This document shows, piece by piece, positions 12,620 through 24,692 of a stretch of DNA of 44,301 nucleotides (positions within the stretch are counted from its first letter, which is position 1; every line of letters starts with the position of its first letter). The notes under the pieces are model-generated. The model was not told the origin of the DNA and did not search any database. It worked only from the letters and a program-made list of their open reading frames with translations. The position numbers and the translations under genes are program-made. Source of the stretch: Eremomyces bilateralis CBS 781.70 (lineage: Eukaryota); assembly GCA_010015585.1 (NCBI GenBank), contig ML975196.1. One strand, 5' to 3'.

Positions 12620-12904
12620 CACGCGGGGGAAGGAAATATTCGCATCGCCAAATTGAATTGCACCCGCACCCACACAAAAACCTGTAGGATTTAATGCATT
12701 CTACAAATAATTAATACACATCATTTTAATATAAAGACTGCTGAAAGGTAGCATATAACCGCCAACATAGTATAAATCGACGTATTTCATCATATCTAAT
12801 CTCATAATACGTGACTATGGATGGTGATTTGGCGAGGGAGATCCCTCTGCTGTATTAGTGGTTGTGGTGGTGGTAGGGATGGGAATATTTCCTTTCGCCG
12901 CGTG
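12620..12904. mobile_element. Non-autonomous TIR element with CAC...GTG ends and a 5-bp TSD (CMC/Transib-like ends)
   Basis: Left end CACGCGGGGGAAGGAAATATTCGCATC versus reverse complement of right end CACGCGGCGAAAGGAAATATTCCCATC (24/27). CCGCC at 12615-19 and 12905-09. AT-rich interior. Confidence 0.65.
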
Positions 12905-13977
12905 CCGCCCGAGGCACCCAAATCTGTGGGGTAAAATCCGTCCGAGTATTACGCGAACACCACAGACCCTCATGCGAGTATGCGACGGTGTGCTGATATT
13001 AGGGACTATCGTTTACTCGTAGGTGTACTAGGTCTAGGGATGGAACTGCAATGATCTTCTAGCTTATCAGGTCGCTGGTTCCACGTGGGTTGAGAAGGGA
13101 AATATTTAGTACGCCCCGGAGCCCGCCACTGGGATAGGCTTCGATTGTGACGTGATGGAAGTTGGGGGCGCTGATGATAAATGCTTAAATTCCAGGTAAC
13201 GGACCATAAGAGACATCAAAGTTATAAATATATCTACGATATTCGGTACATGTATACAATACAATATAGAACTAGAGGGCCATTAGGTACCGTAGACTTG
13301 GTGCAGCGAAAAAAATAGATACGAAGGTGAACATGAATGAGGACTGAAATTCGAGAGACCGGAGCTTCAACAGATCGAAAGCCAGGTCTGGGCCGCAACA
13401 ATGGGGATGAACGACTGAATAATAGATAATACCCATCCATGCCAAGATTAGTTATGGTGCATCTCCGGTTGGAAAGGTTGATCAAAGAGCGTCGGATTTG
13501 TCTGGCAATAAATATGAAAAGGTGTGCTGGGTAGAGCATGCCTCTAACCCTTCTCTGCGAAATAGGGTGTCATTGGATAACGATGTCTTGTCTTCAGATA
13601 TCGTCCCAGCTCGAGGACGTCTCGCCCATGAAGACCTTGAGAATTCACAAGCATTCGGCATCTCATGATCCATATCAATAGTTTCTTAGTCCAATCAAAC
13701 TACTGGACGCAGAGGACACATACAAGCACATTCCCTCCTTCCAGGTGGCAGGGGGTTCGTTTAGGGTCCTAGCCCCGGACGGAGCCGCCGCGTCGGAGAT
13801 TGTGGGGCCTGTACACCCTGTCATCTGTACGCTAATGCGACCGCAAGGCTTCTTTAAGAACTGGCAGACCGCAAGGGTTCAAAGGTTTCTCATTCGAGTT
13901 GTAGCTCGCCTCGGCTAGGGTGGTTGAATTTCAGTAATTTATATATATTTCTTCAAATGACTGATAGAATTTAAATT

Positions 13978-14064
13978 GGCTGGTGAGATTTGTCCACCAC
14001 TTTTTGAGATTTGTCCACCATTTGAGATTTGTCCACCACGCTAGTCATATTATTACTAGCGTGG
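13978..14064 (+). mobile_element. Orphan terminus of a Mutator-like (GGCTGGTGAGATTT) element
   Basis: Same first 14 nt as the TSD-flanked MITE at 26117. Three copies of TGAGATTTGTCCACCA, then hairpin CCACGCTAGT-N9-ACTAGCGTGG (14036-14064). Confidence 0.6.
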
Positions 14065-14289
14065 AAATATTTTACGTGTTATCTTTATAAGCGCTTTTGA
14101 GGGCTCTGAGGCCTTGACTAAGAAGAATCTAAAGCGTATTCCGATGTCTCGTCGTATTCATGCATTAAAGTACTTAGATTATACTAACGTCGCTGTCTCT
14201 TGCGCGGGCCGAGTCCTTTCCAAGCATTTGAAGCCGTCTCTGCAGCAGCACGCTTAGGACGCTCTCGACGTACATCTTGAGACTGAAGC

Positions 14290-14473
14290 TGTCGGAACTC
14301 CGCGGCTATTACTTAGTCACCGCACCTTGTAGATTACATAAGATTACATAAGCCTGGATATATATACCCGTCAAGGTAAACTATGTACTTCTGACCGAAT
14401 ACAAGCATCTCACTGCCTCTGAACAGGTATCCTATTGTTTCCGTGATTGATTGACACGCCAAAACGATCAACA
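14290..14473 (+). mobile_element. Solo LTR, same family as 24932-25373; no TSD
   Basis: TG...CA ends. Shares CGGCTATTACTTAGTCA and a ~70-bp 3' block (TACAAGCATC...GCCTCTGAACAGGTATCCTATTG...GACACGCCAAAACG.TCAACA) with the 24932 LTR. Flanks GAAGC/GTAAT differ. Confidence 0.75.
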
Positions 14474-14494
14474 GTAATCAACCCTAGAAAACCA

Positions 14495-15970
14495 TCAACT
14501 CGCCAACGCCGTCACGATCCTCGCAAGCACTGGATTTTGTGCAATGAACAACGCTGCTAACCACTTCCCCTCCGCAGACCTATCCCCACCCACTTTCACC
14601 CAAACGGTAGCAAGAGCCCAGTGTGCAATTGGCGAAGGTTCATATCCCGCCAGAGATACCTGGTCCAAGTGATACGGAATACTGCGACATATATCTAAGA
14701 CTGCTAGGCGCTGTGCGGTAATGTAGCGGTTTTCGGTGTCTTCGCGGGTAGGCTTTGAAGGTAGGTAGTCGTGTAATGTATGGTGTGACTTTAAGTAGAA
14801 ACTGGGGTTTTTGAAGTCGAGAGTTAGGAGGAGTTGGAGGATGTAGATTAGTATGATGTTGTAGAACATGAACATGATTGCGATAGATTCGTCGCGGAAA
14901 GTAAAAATGGTGGTGAAAGGCATGAGGTCATCGGGGCGAGGTCCTTCTATTGGCGTCGCGGAGTAGGAATTCCTTTCGTCGCTATCCCATCGCTGTCTCC
15001 AGGCACAGAGCTGCATCGATAGATTCTGTACTTTCTGTTTCAGCGCAGTATGTTGGTCGGGAGGCTTGTCAATATGTAGTCGCCACTTCGCCAGTAATTT
15101 ATCGCGTATAGCGAACAGGACTGTGCAGTCTGCCAGGATATCGTATAATTCTTGTTGCTCTCTTTCTTCGTCTGAGCATGATGACCTTAAGACTCTTTTC
15201 CAATCCGGCCGCGCGAGAATAGACGGCTCTCTTACCCACAGCGCAGAGAAGATAGCCAGATGTCGCACGTGCAGATAGAGCGCTGACAAGTGGGCCGGGA
15301 TCGGCGAGCTAATGTCCTGCAGTTGAAGCAGCCTTTCTACTGCTCTCATGTGTTTGAAATTGATTCCCATCCCCGTAGGCACGAGGGCTTCTAGTATAGC
15401 CAGAGTAAGAACGGAAAGGATGAGTTCATTGTGTTTATAGCAGATCGGATCGGATAGTGAATGGTTTATCTGCTTCAATGCCACGCCGTACACGGCGTAC
15501 CCGCCCTTGGTGATGGAGTTTCGTCGGTGTTCGGTGCCAAAAAAAATCATGGCGAAGCTCATGATAGCTTGGTGGGAGACTCGTTTGGTGGATACTGTCG
15601 CATTGGCTAGTGAAACACCAATGGACGCCATATTCCTGGTAGCCACCTCAATGGGGTCGCCACGAGTCGTGTACTTTAACATAAAACATATATATCTCTC
15701 GAACTCGTTGCCATTGAGTGGGGCTGATGGGGGTGTCTGGTGTAGACTGCGTCTAGACTTGACAATGGTTCCTTTGATAAAACAGACCTCCTTCGGCCCA
15801 TCGCACTCGAAGCCACCTTTTTCACATCGTACGCAGATAGGACGACGTTCATCTTCGAGAGGGTCAATTTACTATTATCATTTGGCGATCTCCAGGTAGT
15901 GCTTACCGCATTTGACTCGTCTTTGGCGGCAAGTGGAGCAGCCTTTTGATCTCCCGGCCACGTTCACCAT
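14495..15970 (-). CDS. Zn(II)2Cys6 fungal transcription factor; exons 15970-15907 and 15852-14495
   Basis: MVNVAGRSKGCSTCRQRRVKC|DERRPICVRCEKGGFECDGP (six-Cys cluster across a GTAAGC..AAG intron), continuing in frame into the 395-aa ORF. Confidence 0.93.
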
Positions 15971-16422
15971 ACTCTGCGTTGCCACCGGGTCGCTTGGCCG
16001 TTGAATATAAGAATTCCGTCTTAACACTGCTTTTCCTTGCGATAATGGTTCGGATCTTCAGATGTATACAGTAGTAGTCGGATGAATTAAAATCCGCCCA
16101 GGCAAATCACATGTATTTAGCCAAGACTTGCTTACTCTAATTCTGCGAGTGACTCAAGGATGAAATGCCAGAGTTATATGATGAATCTCTATCGCTGCTT
16201 TGTATGTCCTACGCCTCTTGCCCCTTAATGCGCGAACAACTTTGTCGCCTTAGCGTTCTCTTACTAATAAGCCCTTGGTTCGAATCATGGAACTAGTCTC
16301 GTGTAACATCATCTTTGGGTGGAGTTTGTTAGCCTCTTTATAGAAGACCCCGCACAGGATTTGGCGCTATGCCTCTTGCGGCTCAATGCGCGAGCAACAC
16401 TGCAGCCTTTTGGGAAATATAT

Positions 16423-16629
16423 TGTCGCAGGCCAAGGCATGAGCTCTAGGAGTCCAAGGCTACAAACTGCATTAATAATCTTGCCGTGACTCTCGTATAT
16501 CTGTAGGGCCGGGGGACCAGGCATTCAGCTAGAACACACAACTTACACACAACTTACACAATACAAACAACTTCGCTGCTGGAACAACAGCACCTCACTC
16601 CCAACCATTTTAGCACATCACGTGCGACA
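16423..16629 (-). mobile_element. Solo LTR (family A), TSD TATAT
   Basis: TGTCGCA...TGCGACA ends; TATAT at 16418-22 and 16630-34. Near-identical inverted copy at 23042-23256. Strand is given only relative to that copy. Confidence 0.9.
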
Positions 16630-16683
16630 TATATGCCTAACCAATGCATTATCCGTGCCCCATGACCGCCCCAACAACCTCTA

Positions 16684-18391
16684 CATACAAAACCACAGAA
16701 TCACTACGGATGGAGACTCATCAAGCGTCTGTTTAAAGCTAAGACACACAGATCCCCACTCGAAGCTACAGCCGAGCTCTTCCAACACATCAATCTGAAA
16801 TCGCTTGAGAAGACAGCAGGATTCGTCAAGCCGCCGTGGCAAGACCCGCCAAGAGTCATCATCGAAGAGGAAGCGGCCGCAATAACAAGGGCAGCCCAGC
16901 TCGGCCTCAGAACTATCTTTACGGACGGATCATGCAGAAACGGCCTTACCGGTATCGGAATTCACGCACCAAATATCCCAGGACTCGAGAAATCTAGTAT
17001 AATAGGATTTGCACCGAGTACAGACGCCCTCCAAGCGGAGCTTATAGCTATTTCCGAAGCCATCTCAGAAGCAACCGCTAAGATCCCGGTAATAGGCTGG
17101 AACCTCGACCAATGCTATATCCTATCCGACTGCTAGAAGGCCCTAGGCATGATCAAAAGACCACAATGGAAAAAGAGTAAACCCCTCCAGGAGATCTTCC
17201 AGAAACTAGCAGAGGCCAAGAAAAGAGGGTTCACCTTCACCTTCCACTGGGTGCCAGCGCACAAGGGAGTGCAAGGTAACGAGAGAGCTCACGACCTCGC
17301 CCAATCTGCCACTGCAACCGGATCTAGACCGGAAGAGCACACCATAGTACTGAGACATGCGATCAAGCAAGGAAGGAGCCACCCAGAGGCAAAGAGAAAG
17401 GCCTTCCTATGTGACAGTCTTGGGCTTTGCCCAGTCTGTGTGCTGTGGCCTTGCGGCCTAAGGCAGAAGGGATGGGTAGACCGTTTGCCCACAGATGTAA
17501 ATAGCAGATCGCAGTGAGAGAGATCTTCTCCTTCTCTCTTTAGCAATTCAACAGCGTTACCAGCTTACCAAATCCTTCGTGGTTTGGGCCCTTGACATCC
17601 TAGCCAAAAAGACCGGGCGTTTCGCGAAGGAGCTCGACAAAGCACTACCAAGCAGGCACATAAGAAAGCTCTACGACAAGCTATCGAGAGACCAAGCAGC
17701 CCTACTAGTACAAGTCAGATCAGGGTACTGCCGCCTTAACAGCTATCTCCACAAGATCGCGGCGGCCGAAAGCAGCGACTGCGAATGCGGAGCAACGGAG
17801 AGTGTCCACCACTTCATACTGGAATGCACGAAATGGGAAGAACAGAGACAGAAACTGAAGACAGCGGCTGGAGCCCGAGCAAGAGACCTGGCTTACCTCC
17901 TTGGAGCATACGAATCAGAAGCAAAAGACGGCCCGATCAAGCGCTGGTCCCCGAACATAGAGGTAGTTACGGCAACACTACATTTCATCCAGGACACTGG
18001 AAGATTAGACCCCGGAACATGATACCCTCCTACACATTCCCTTCCATACCTTCCCTCCCATACCCTCCCTCCCATACCTTCCCTTCTACTAACTATATGG
18101 TCTCAATCCTCCGATCCGACGCTGTGCCCGAGTAAGAGCAGCGTCACTCTAGAACAGAACCTAGAGGAACAGAGACGTCCAGCAAACTGACCATCTTATT
18201 CCCATACCACAGTTATAATAATTTCCTATGTTAGAAGCCGATAATTAGAGAAGATAGAAGAAGGAGATGGAAAAATGGGGCACAAGGCCACAAGGCACCA
18301 ACGCATGTAATTAGTCAGCTTAGGTAGTTCCCCACATGGGCCTCGCTGAGAGGCCTGACGGGCGTATGAATCTCTCTCTCTCTCTCTCTCT
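16684..18391 (+). mobile_element. 5'-truncated Tad1-like LINE (RNase H and C-terminal Cys/His domain), degenerate
   Basis: RNase H motifs IFTDGS, AELIAI, ILSDC*, FHWVPAHKGVQGNERAHDLA; C-terminal CECGATESVHHFILEC; (TC)n tail; 15-bp TSD CCCCAACAACCTCTA at 16669-83 and 18392-406. Confidence 0.92.
17410..17597 (+). mobile_element. Solo LTR (family B) inserted in LINE ORF2, TSD TCCTA
   Basis: TGTGACA...TTGACA ends; TCCTA at 17405-09 and 17598-602. Homologous to the 3' LTR at 38873-39060. Confidence 0.92.
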
Positions 18392-18609
18392 CCCCAACAA
18401 CCTCTAGGACGTATTTGCCTACTTGCTTTGGCATCGGTTCAAATTGTCTCGCCTAATAAAAATATACCACATGTCTACCTAAGCTATTCGGTCATCGCAC
18501 AATCGGTGCTAAGAAATACGAAGCTGACCAACGCAACGTTTTACCCCTCGAATCGACATTCCGCTCTGCCTTCACAAATTGCACAACTCCCTATTACTCT
18601 ACCCCTGTA

Positions 18610-19041
18610 TTGCTAAATTCGCCGTCTTCAGACTCTGGGATCACTTGAGTTTTAATCATCCTGAGATGAGTGTTTTTCATATTCAACCTGGTATTGTGGA
18701 TACGGCGATGAATAGGGAGGCCGGTGGGATTAAGGCTACAGGCATTGAATATAATGGTAAGACTAGGGAATCCCCGACCGGTGCTTTGCAAACAAGGCAG
18801 AATATCTTATAACAATTGGTGATTTTATGATACCTTAGTTTCCCTGCCGGGCGGGTTTAACGTTTGGCTTGCCAGTCCCGAAGCGCGCTTCCTGAACGGC
18901 AAGTTTGTGTAGACGAACTGGGATGTGGATGAGCTTAAGACACAGGTTAAGGAGCTCGAGCCCGGTAGCAGGCTTTCCATTATTGGTCTTGTTGGCTGGC
19001 CGTTTGATAGCTCTGGTTTTGAGTTTAAGACTTCGTGGTAG
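18610..19041 (+). pseudogene. C-terminal fragment of a short-chain dehydrogenase/reductase
   Basis: AKFAVFRLWDHLSFNHPEMSVFHIQPGIVDTAM, intron, then SLPGGFNVWLASPEARFLNGKFV*TNWDVDELK. In-frame TAG at 18910-12; no recognisable N-terminal Rossmann motif. Confidence 0.8.
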
Positions 19042-19883
19042 GCTTGGGAGGATGAGGAAGATGGGATGTATTTCTATATATTTTTGGTGGAGAGGTTCTG
19101 GGTTGTTTGTTGTTTGATATGGTATAACGGATCAAATTATACCCAGAGTCTACTATGCCTGTCTGATACAGTACCATCGGAGCATCTAAACTTAAGGATA
19201 GCCTTTCCAAGCAATATATCTAATATTTGCAGAGCAGTAATGCTCTTTTTTACTAGAATATATAATGCCATTTACGAGTAGCAGACCATAAATACTAGGA
19301 TCGCATTGTAGACGATACTGTTGTGCTTTGATGGTAGAATTCCTAACATGGAATCTATTGATAACTCCTTCCATAGACCCCAAGGATGGATTAATGGTTA
19401 GAAGTCACTATATATAATCAGACTGCCTGAGTATGCAGCTTCTTCGTTGTAATTCTTGAGAGGCATTCTACCCTCGCTATTTCAACGATTATTACCACAG
19501 CTATCCATACAAATACTATGCAATACGATGCTCTCATTTGACTATACCCGTACCTCAATAAGACTATCCTAATCTGATGATAAACCTGTTCAAAAAACAA
19601 CTGCCTCTCATCAAAATACCTTTCTCCCCATCTCAAGCTGTGTTTTCTTATATACTACAGAACCTACTAGTTATACAATTGAATGACTTCAATATCCCAG
19701 CCGGTAGGGTTTGGTCGTGCAGAGATTGGCAGACGTGGATATTGTAGATAGCTTATTTGCATCGGTATATAACTAATAAATAAAAATCAATTGTTTCCAG
19801 ATGTAGCGTCTATTTGTGTAAACAAGATTAATCATATAAAGCCAGGTTATGAATACGCGAATGAGAGGATTTCATTTCCCTTC

Positions 19884-20882
19884 TCACGCCGAGTCCATTG
19901 CAGCTAACATCGCTGGAACTTCCTCCTCCTTCCAAGTAGTCCACACATCCTTCTCCTTGGGTTCCCAACCCAATTCCCGTAACCTGATCGTACGAGTTCT
20001 CGCATTACAACCAAGAACAGGAGTCATAGGGCCCAAAATATCCGCGTAGTCGGCTTCAGTAAATGTCTGTACCTTAGGACCCTTGATCTTGCCAGCCTCG
20101 AACAGAACTTGGCTAAGCTTTTCTGCAACCTCACGCATTGAGACCTCGGACCCGTTTTCGGCGAAAAAGTATGGATTCTCCAGGATGGCTGCCGGTGCGG
20201 ACTTCTCAACATATGCCAACATCGTCATATAGGCGCGCGCAAGGTCCTTGACGTGAATGACGCTCCATATATTTCGACCTTCACCCACATGGCCTGCAAA
20301 CCCATGCTTCAACGTAAAGCGCACCAGAATCGGCAGCACAAAAGAATTGCGCTTATGGACCCGGTCCACCCCATAGACAAGTGCAGGAAGAATGATGGCG
20401 ATCTTTGCCTTCTCCCCAAACTCATGCGCTGCTTGGACGATTGGGATGTCCACGTGGCGGTGGATGGAAGCGGGCGGCAAGGCGTCGATGTCTCCTGGAA
20501 CATCGTCGCCGTAGGCTTTACCGTCCTTGTGCATTCCCATTGCACCATCATCGAGCACGCCTGATCCGCTCGTATGAATATAAATACTCGGCAGGCCCGC
20601 ATGAACACGCTGGCGCACGCCTGACAGTATGGCTTCCACGCTTGGCAAGTCGTCGGATGATGCAGTGTTTATGGTTATTTCATGCAGAGCGGCTTGCTTC
20701 GTGAGTAGCTCGAGATCGCTTAAAGTGCCGAGGACGGTTTTTGCCCCGGCCTCCTCGAATATTGATGCTTGCTCTTGCCGCCGTACAAAGACTGTGACTG
20801 GATATTTCGCTGCAAGAAGCTGATCGAAGACGTTCTGTCCGACATATCCAGCGCCGACGAGAAAGATGCTTTGAGGTGCCAT
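19884..20882 (-). CDS. NAD(P)-binding Rossmann-fold protein (atypical SDR / NAD-dependent epimerase / NmrA-like), 332 aa
   Basis: ATG at 20882: MAPQSIFLVGAGYVGQ; YIHTSGSG; WSVIHVKDLARAY; LRELGWEPK; intact single exon. Confidence 0.9.
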   Translation of the reverse strand: MAPQSIFLVGAGYVGQNVFDQLLAAKYPVTVFVRRQEQASIFEEAGAKTVLGTLSDLELLTKQAALHEITINTASSDDLPSVEAILSGVRQRVHAGLPSIYIHTSGSGVLDDGAMGMHKDGKAYGDDVPGDIDALPPASIHRHVDIPIVQAAHEFGEKAKIAIILPALVYGVDRVHKRNSFVLPILVRFTLKHGFAGHVGEGRNIWSVIHVKDLARAYMTMLAYVEKSAPAAILENPYFFAENGSEVSMREVAEKLSQVLFEAGKIKGPKVQTFTEADYADILGPMTPVLGCNARTRTIRLRELGWEPKEKDVWTTWKEEEVPAMLAAMDSA

Positions 20883-21703
20883 TGTAAAGGATTGTAGTTG
20901 ATTGTTTTGCTGAGTTGGTGGAATGTTGACAAGATGAAGTTTCTGAAGCACTTATAAGTACTGTTAAATAGTACTTTTAAATATGAGCCCCTGCCTGAGA
21001 TGATTGATGGATGACCAAGAAATCTGAGGTCTCTCCACAATGCATGCAGGGGCGGTCCGAACTATACTATAGCTCGCGCATTGAGCCGCAAGAGGAATAA
21101 CGCCAAACATTTATATCAACTATTTATTCGGCCACGAGAGAAGATTACAAACTTACTCTTTGCTTATTAATTGCCCAGGCTGATAAATGGCTACGAGTAA
21201 AATCTAAGTCGCAGCTTTTAATCAATAGTATGTGAATAGTAGTTAGTAATAGGTTACGATTGGGCTAAAGATTGGAAATCGGCCTCGCGGGTGTCTATTA
21301 CTCAGCGTTTCCGGGTCGAAGGAGATTGCGTGCTTGTGAATGAGATCAAATGTAGGAAGATTGACCCCTGCTTCTTGCGATTGCCTCTCCCGCTTCTGGG
21401 CAATATGATCGCACGTACCAACAAACGCCTCGCGACGCCAAGCATTAGATGTCTGTCCCTCACAGTAACGACGGCCATGACGTGGTATGGCATGACAAGA
21501 ATTAATATAAGCGAGTTATTTACTACTGGAAGTAAGAGTACAGAGGACTATAAGTACGACTATATCCATCAACTCAGCCATGTATAGCATTCAGAAGACT
21601 TCATACTCGACAACCCTTATACCTAACTTCTTCGCCCTTTAAGGCACGAGCAAATACGAAACACTCCCAAATAATTTATTATTAGTCTACCTAATATCAA
21701 ACA

Positions 21704-22515
21704 ATGGCCGCCAAATCCCCTATTGTACTTATCTTCGGTGCGGGCGCCAATGTTGGCATGTCCGTCGCGCGCACCTTTGCGTCCCAGGGCTACAAAGTCG
21801 CGCTTGCCGCCCGCTCGCTGAAGGAGGCTGACAGCACCGACGACCAGCTGAACATCCCGAGCGACTTCTCCAACACTGATAGTATACTCAATGCCTTTGA
21901 CAAGGTAAAGCAGGTATTCGGCATCCCCAGTGTCGTTGTATATAACGGTCAGCCCCCGTCCCCTACCATGCAGTTACCGTTGACTAACGCGTAGCAGCCA
22001 GCGCCGCGAGCTTTACCCCCGCCGACGACCCGCTCAGCCTCTCCTTGGCCGACTTGAATCACGTTACGAATATCAACATCTTCAGTGCCTTTGTCGCCGC
22101 GCAACAGGCAGTCTTGGGCTTTGCACAGCTTCCAGCGTCAGCTGCGCGCACTTTCATCTACACCGGCAATATCACCAACGTCGCCATCATCCCGAAATTC
22201 ATGTCCCAGGGCATCGGTAAGTCGGGCGCCGCTCACATGATCTGGGCGGCCGCGGAGGCCTACAAAGATCGTGGATATAAGTAAGCCCTCTATCTACTTC
22301 AGGAATTCGCGCGTGAGAGACTAACGACGTAAAGATTCTACTATGCCGACGAACGTAAGGCGGACGGAGCGGCCAGATACCAAATCAGTGGTGATGCACA
22401 TGCGGAACTCTACTGGGACCTAGCCCACGGCAAGACGCAGGGCCCGTGGATGCAGACTTTCGTCCAGGGTGTGGGATATAAGAAGTTCGACTCCGCATAT
22501 ACGTCTCTCCCGTGA
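21704..22515 (+). CDS. Short-chain dehydrogenase/reductase; exons 21704-21947, 21995/21998-22280, 22335-22515
   Basis: LIFGAGANVG, VALAARS, PSVVVYNA, TFIYTGN, GIGKSGAAH, FYYADERKADG. Two GT-AG introns with CTAAC; tandem TAGCAG acceptor. Confidence 0.9.
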
Positions 22516-23041
22516 GGCATTACTGGCGTTTGATTGTCGGTTTGGCAGGTTCAGACAGGCCAATGTCCCCGATAGGGCCGTTTTCTCAAGGTACTAGATC
22601 ATTAATAGCTTATGGGTGGATTAAATAGCTGTACAAAATATCGAAGCTTGTTTTGTGTAGAGTCTCTTATCGACTATTATTAATTATTTAAGATCAAGAG
22701 AACTTATGTGACGGAGACTACTCACGATCTAGTCCGTGAGCGATCAATACCTGTTAGGCGTGCAAGTGATGAGGAAGCTGGCAATGTAAACATCCCCAAA
22801 AGAGAAGAGAGCCGAGGTAGACGAAACTGTTTGAAGAATGGAAGAGCACGTCGAAGATACGTGAGAAGGAAATGCGGGTGGAAATTAAACGGAACGATTT
22901 GGTATGATCAAACGGAATGGCCGCAGTATTTTGCAAAACATAATATTGCACATGCATATAGTTATAATCTGTCACACGGAGGTCACCTGACTTCAGTGTG
23001 TGTTGGGTCACATGGTTTGTGTTTGCTCGGAGATGTCTATC

Positions 23042-23256
23042 TGTCGCACGTGATGTGCTAAAAATGGTTGGGAGTGAGGTGCTGTTGTTACAGCAGCGAA
23101 GTTGTTTTTATTGTGTGTTGTGTAAGTTGTGTGTAAGTTGTGTTTTCTAGCTGAATGCCTGGTCCCCCGGCCCTACAGATATACGAGAGTCACGGCAAGA
23201 TTATTAATGCAGTTTGTAGCCTTGGACTCCTAGAGCTCATGCCTTGGCCTGCGACA
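23042..23256 (+). mobile_element. Solo LTR (family A), TSD CTATC
   Basis: TG...CA ends; CTATC at 23037-41 and 23257-61; inverted copy of 16423-16629. Confidence 0.9.
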
Positions 23257-24692
23257 CTATCTCTATCTCTTCGCGCTGTATTTTAGATACATCCAAAACA
23301 TCGCTCTTCTCTCTCATACGTGATCTTTGCTTGATTGGAGTATTCTCCACATAATCAATTATGTTATTAGAGAACAAGACAAATAGCTTCATCTATACAT
23401 TTCCCGCCGCTCCTGAAAAAGCCATACCCTGCGCCTGTGCCATATGGTACCATTCGCCTTCGAATTAGGTCTCGTTTCATATTCTTTAATAAACTTGCGG
23501 AAAAAAGAACATTTTTCTGCAGACAGCCCACAACTTGGAAATTCGCTGAGATTAGGGTCGTAATCGATTCTACACACCTTATTCACCTATAATCAACTAT
23601 TGCAGCCTCCTCAACTATCATGGTTGAAGGGCGCACGAGGGGGAAGGGCCCGCAGGCCAAAGACGCGTCGGGGACGCGTCTCCAGCAGGCGGACTACCCA
23701 CGACCCAACACCCGCAACGGAGTGGGAGAACAAACTGGACGGATGGATGAGGGACGGATGCTCCAAATCATGGAATATCATATAAAATTCGCGTTGGAGA
23801 GCTGCCGTAGATAGGCTAGAGCGGAGTCGCTCTGTAGAGTCCTGGAGGCTCACCTAACGCCCGTTCTCCGGCTTATTCCGGAGCTAGTACAGAGAAAGAG
23901 TATAGAAAAGGCGCAGGCGGGAACACCCGCCCGGGACCCAGCGATAGGTCAAATATTAGAGCGTCTTAGACGTATTGAGGCTGGAATCGCGAAAGACCGC
24001 GGTCGCTCAGCCGTGGCCCTAACCACCAAGGCACCAACCTAGAGCGAGATCGCCGTAGGAGGGAAGACCAAAGCGGTCGTTGAAGTGCGTCTCTCTGAAA
24101 TGGCAGGGGCCGTAGAAGAGACGACGGAAGAGAAACTATAGAGAATCAAGAAGGTAATCCTAGACGCGAAAGCGCTTATCCCACACCACAGGGCAGCTAG
24201 TAAGATATCTGTCGTGGTTCCCACGACTACCCGACGGGACTGGATTATCGCTACTAGAATCGCTGGGGATGACGGCGTTAAGCTGATCCGTCGCCCGAAA
24301 CTACTCATAGTAATGGGGATCCCGATTAATATACATATTATAACCGGTGAAAGTGAGGGGAACACCGAATAGGCGAGACAGATGTCGAACTAAAACGCTG
24401 TTAAAATTGAACGAGTCTCCTGGCTCTATAAGAAAGAGAAGCTGGCGGCTATCCGGAAGGCTGGATCCTAGACGAAGGGATTAGTTATTGTCGAGGTGGC
24501 TAACGATACCGACGTGACGCGGCTTATCAAGGACGGCTTCCTCTATAGCGCCCTATAGCTCCTAGTTAAACTATGGGACGTTACTCTCCGGGCGGTCTAG
24601 TGCTTCCGATACTAGAAATGGGGCTACACGCAGTCCGTTTATAACGCGGATAGTGACACCTGTTGGCGCTGCGCAAAACAGCACCCTATAAG

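Noticed and set aside
13760..13800. Twister-ribozyme-like GGTCCTAGCCCCGG
   Set aside because: Only loosely resembles the core motif; the required flanking stems and pseudoknot partners could not be found.
16423..23256. ~210-bp inverted repeats bracketing the epimerase/SDR pair, suggesting a composite transposon carrying genes
   Set aside because: Each copy has TG..CA ends and its own different 5-bp TSD (TATAT, CTATC), so they are independent solo LTRs.
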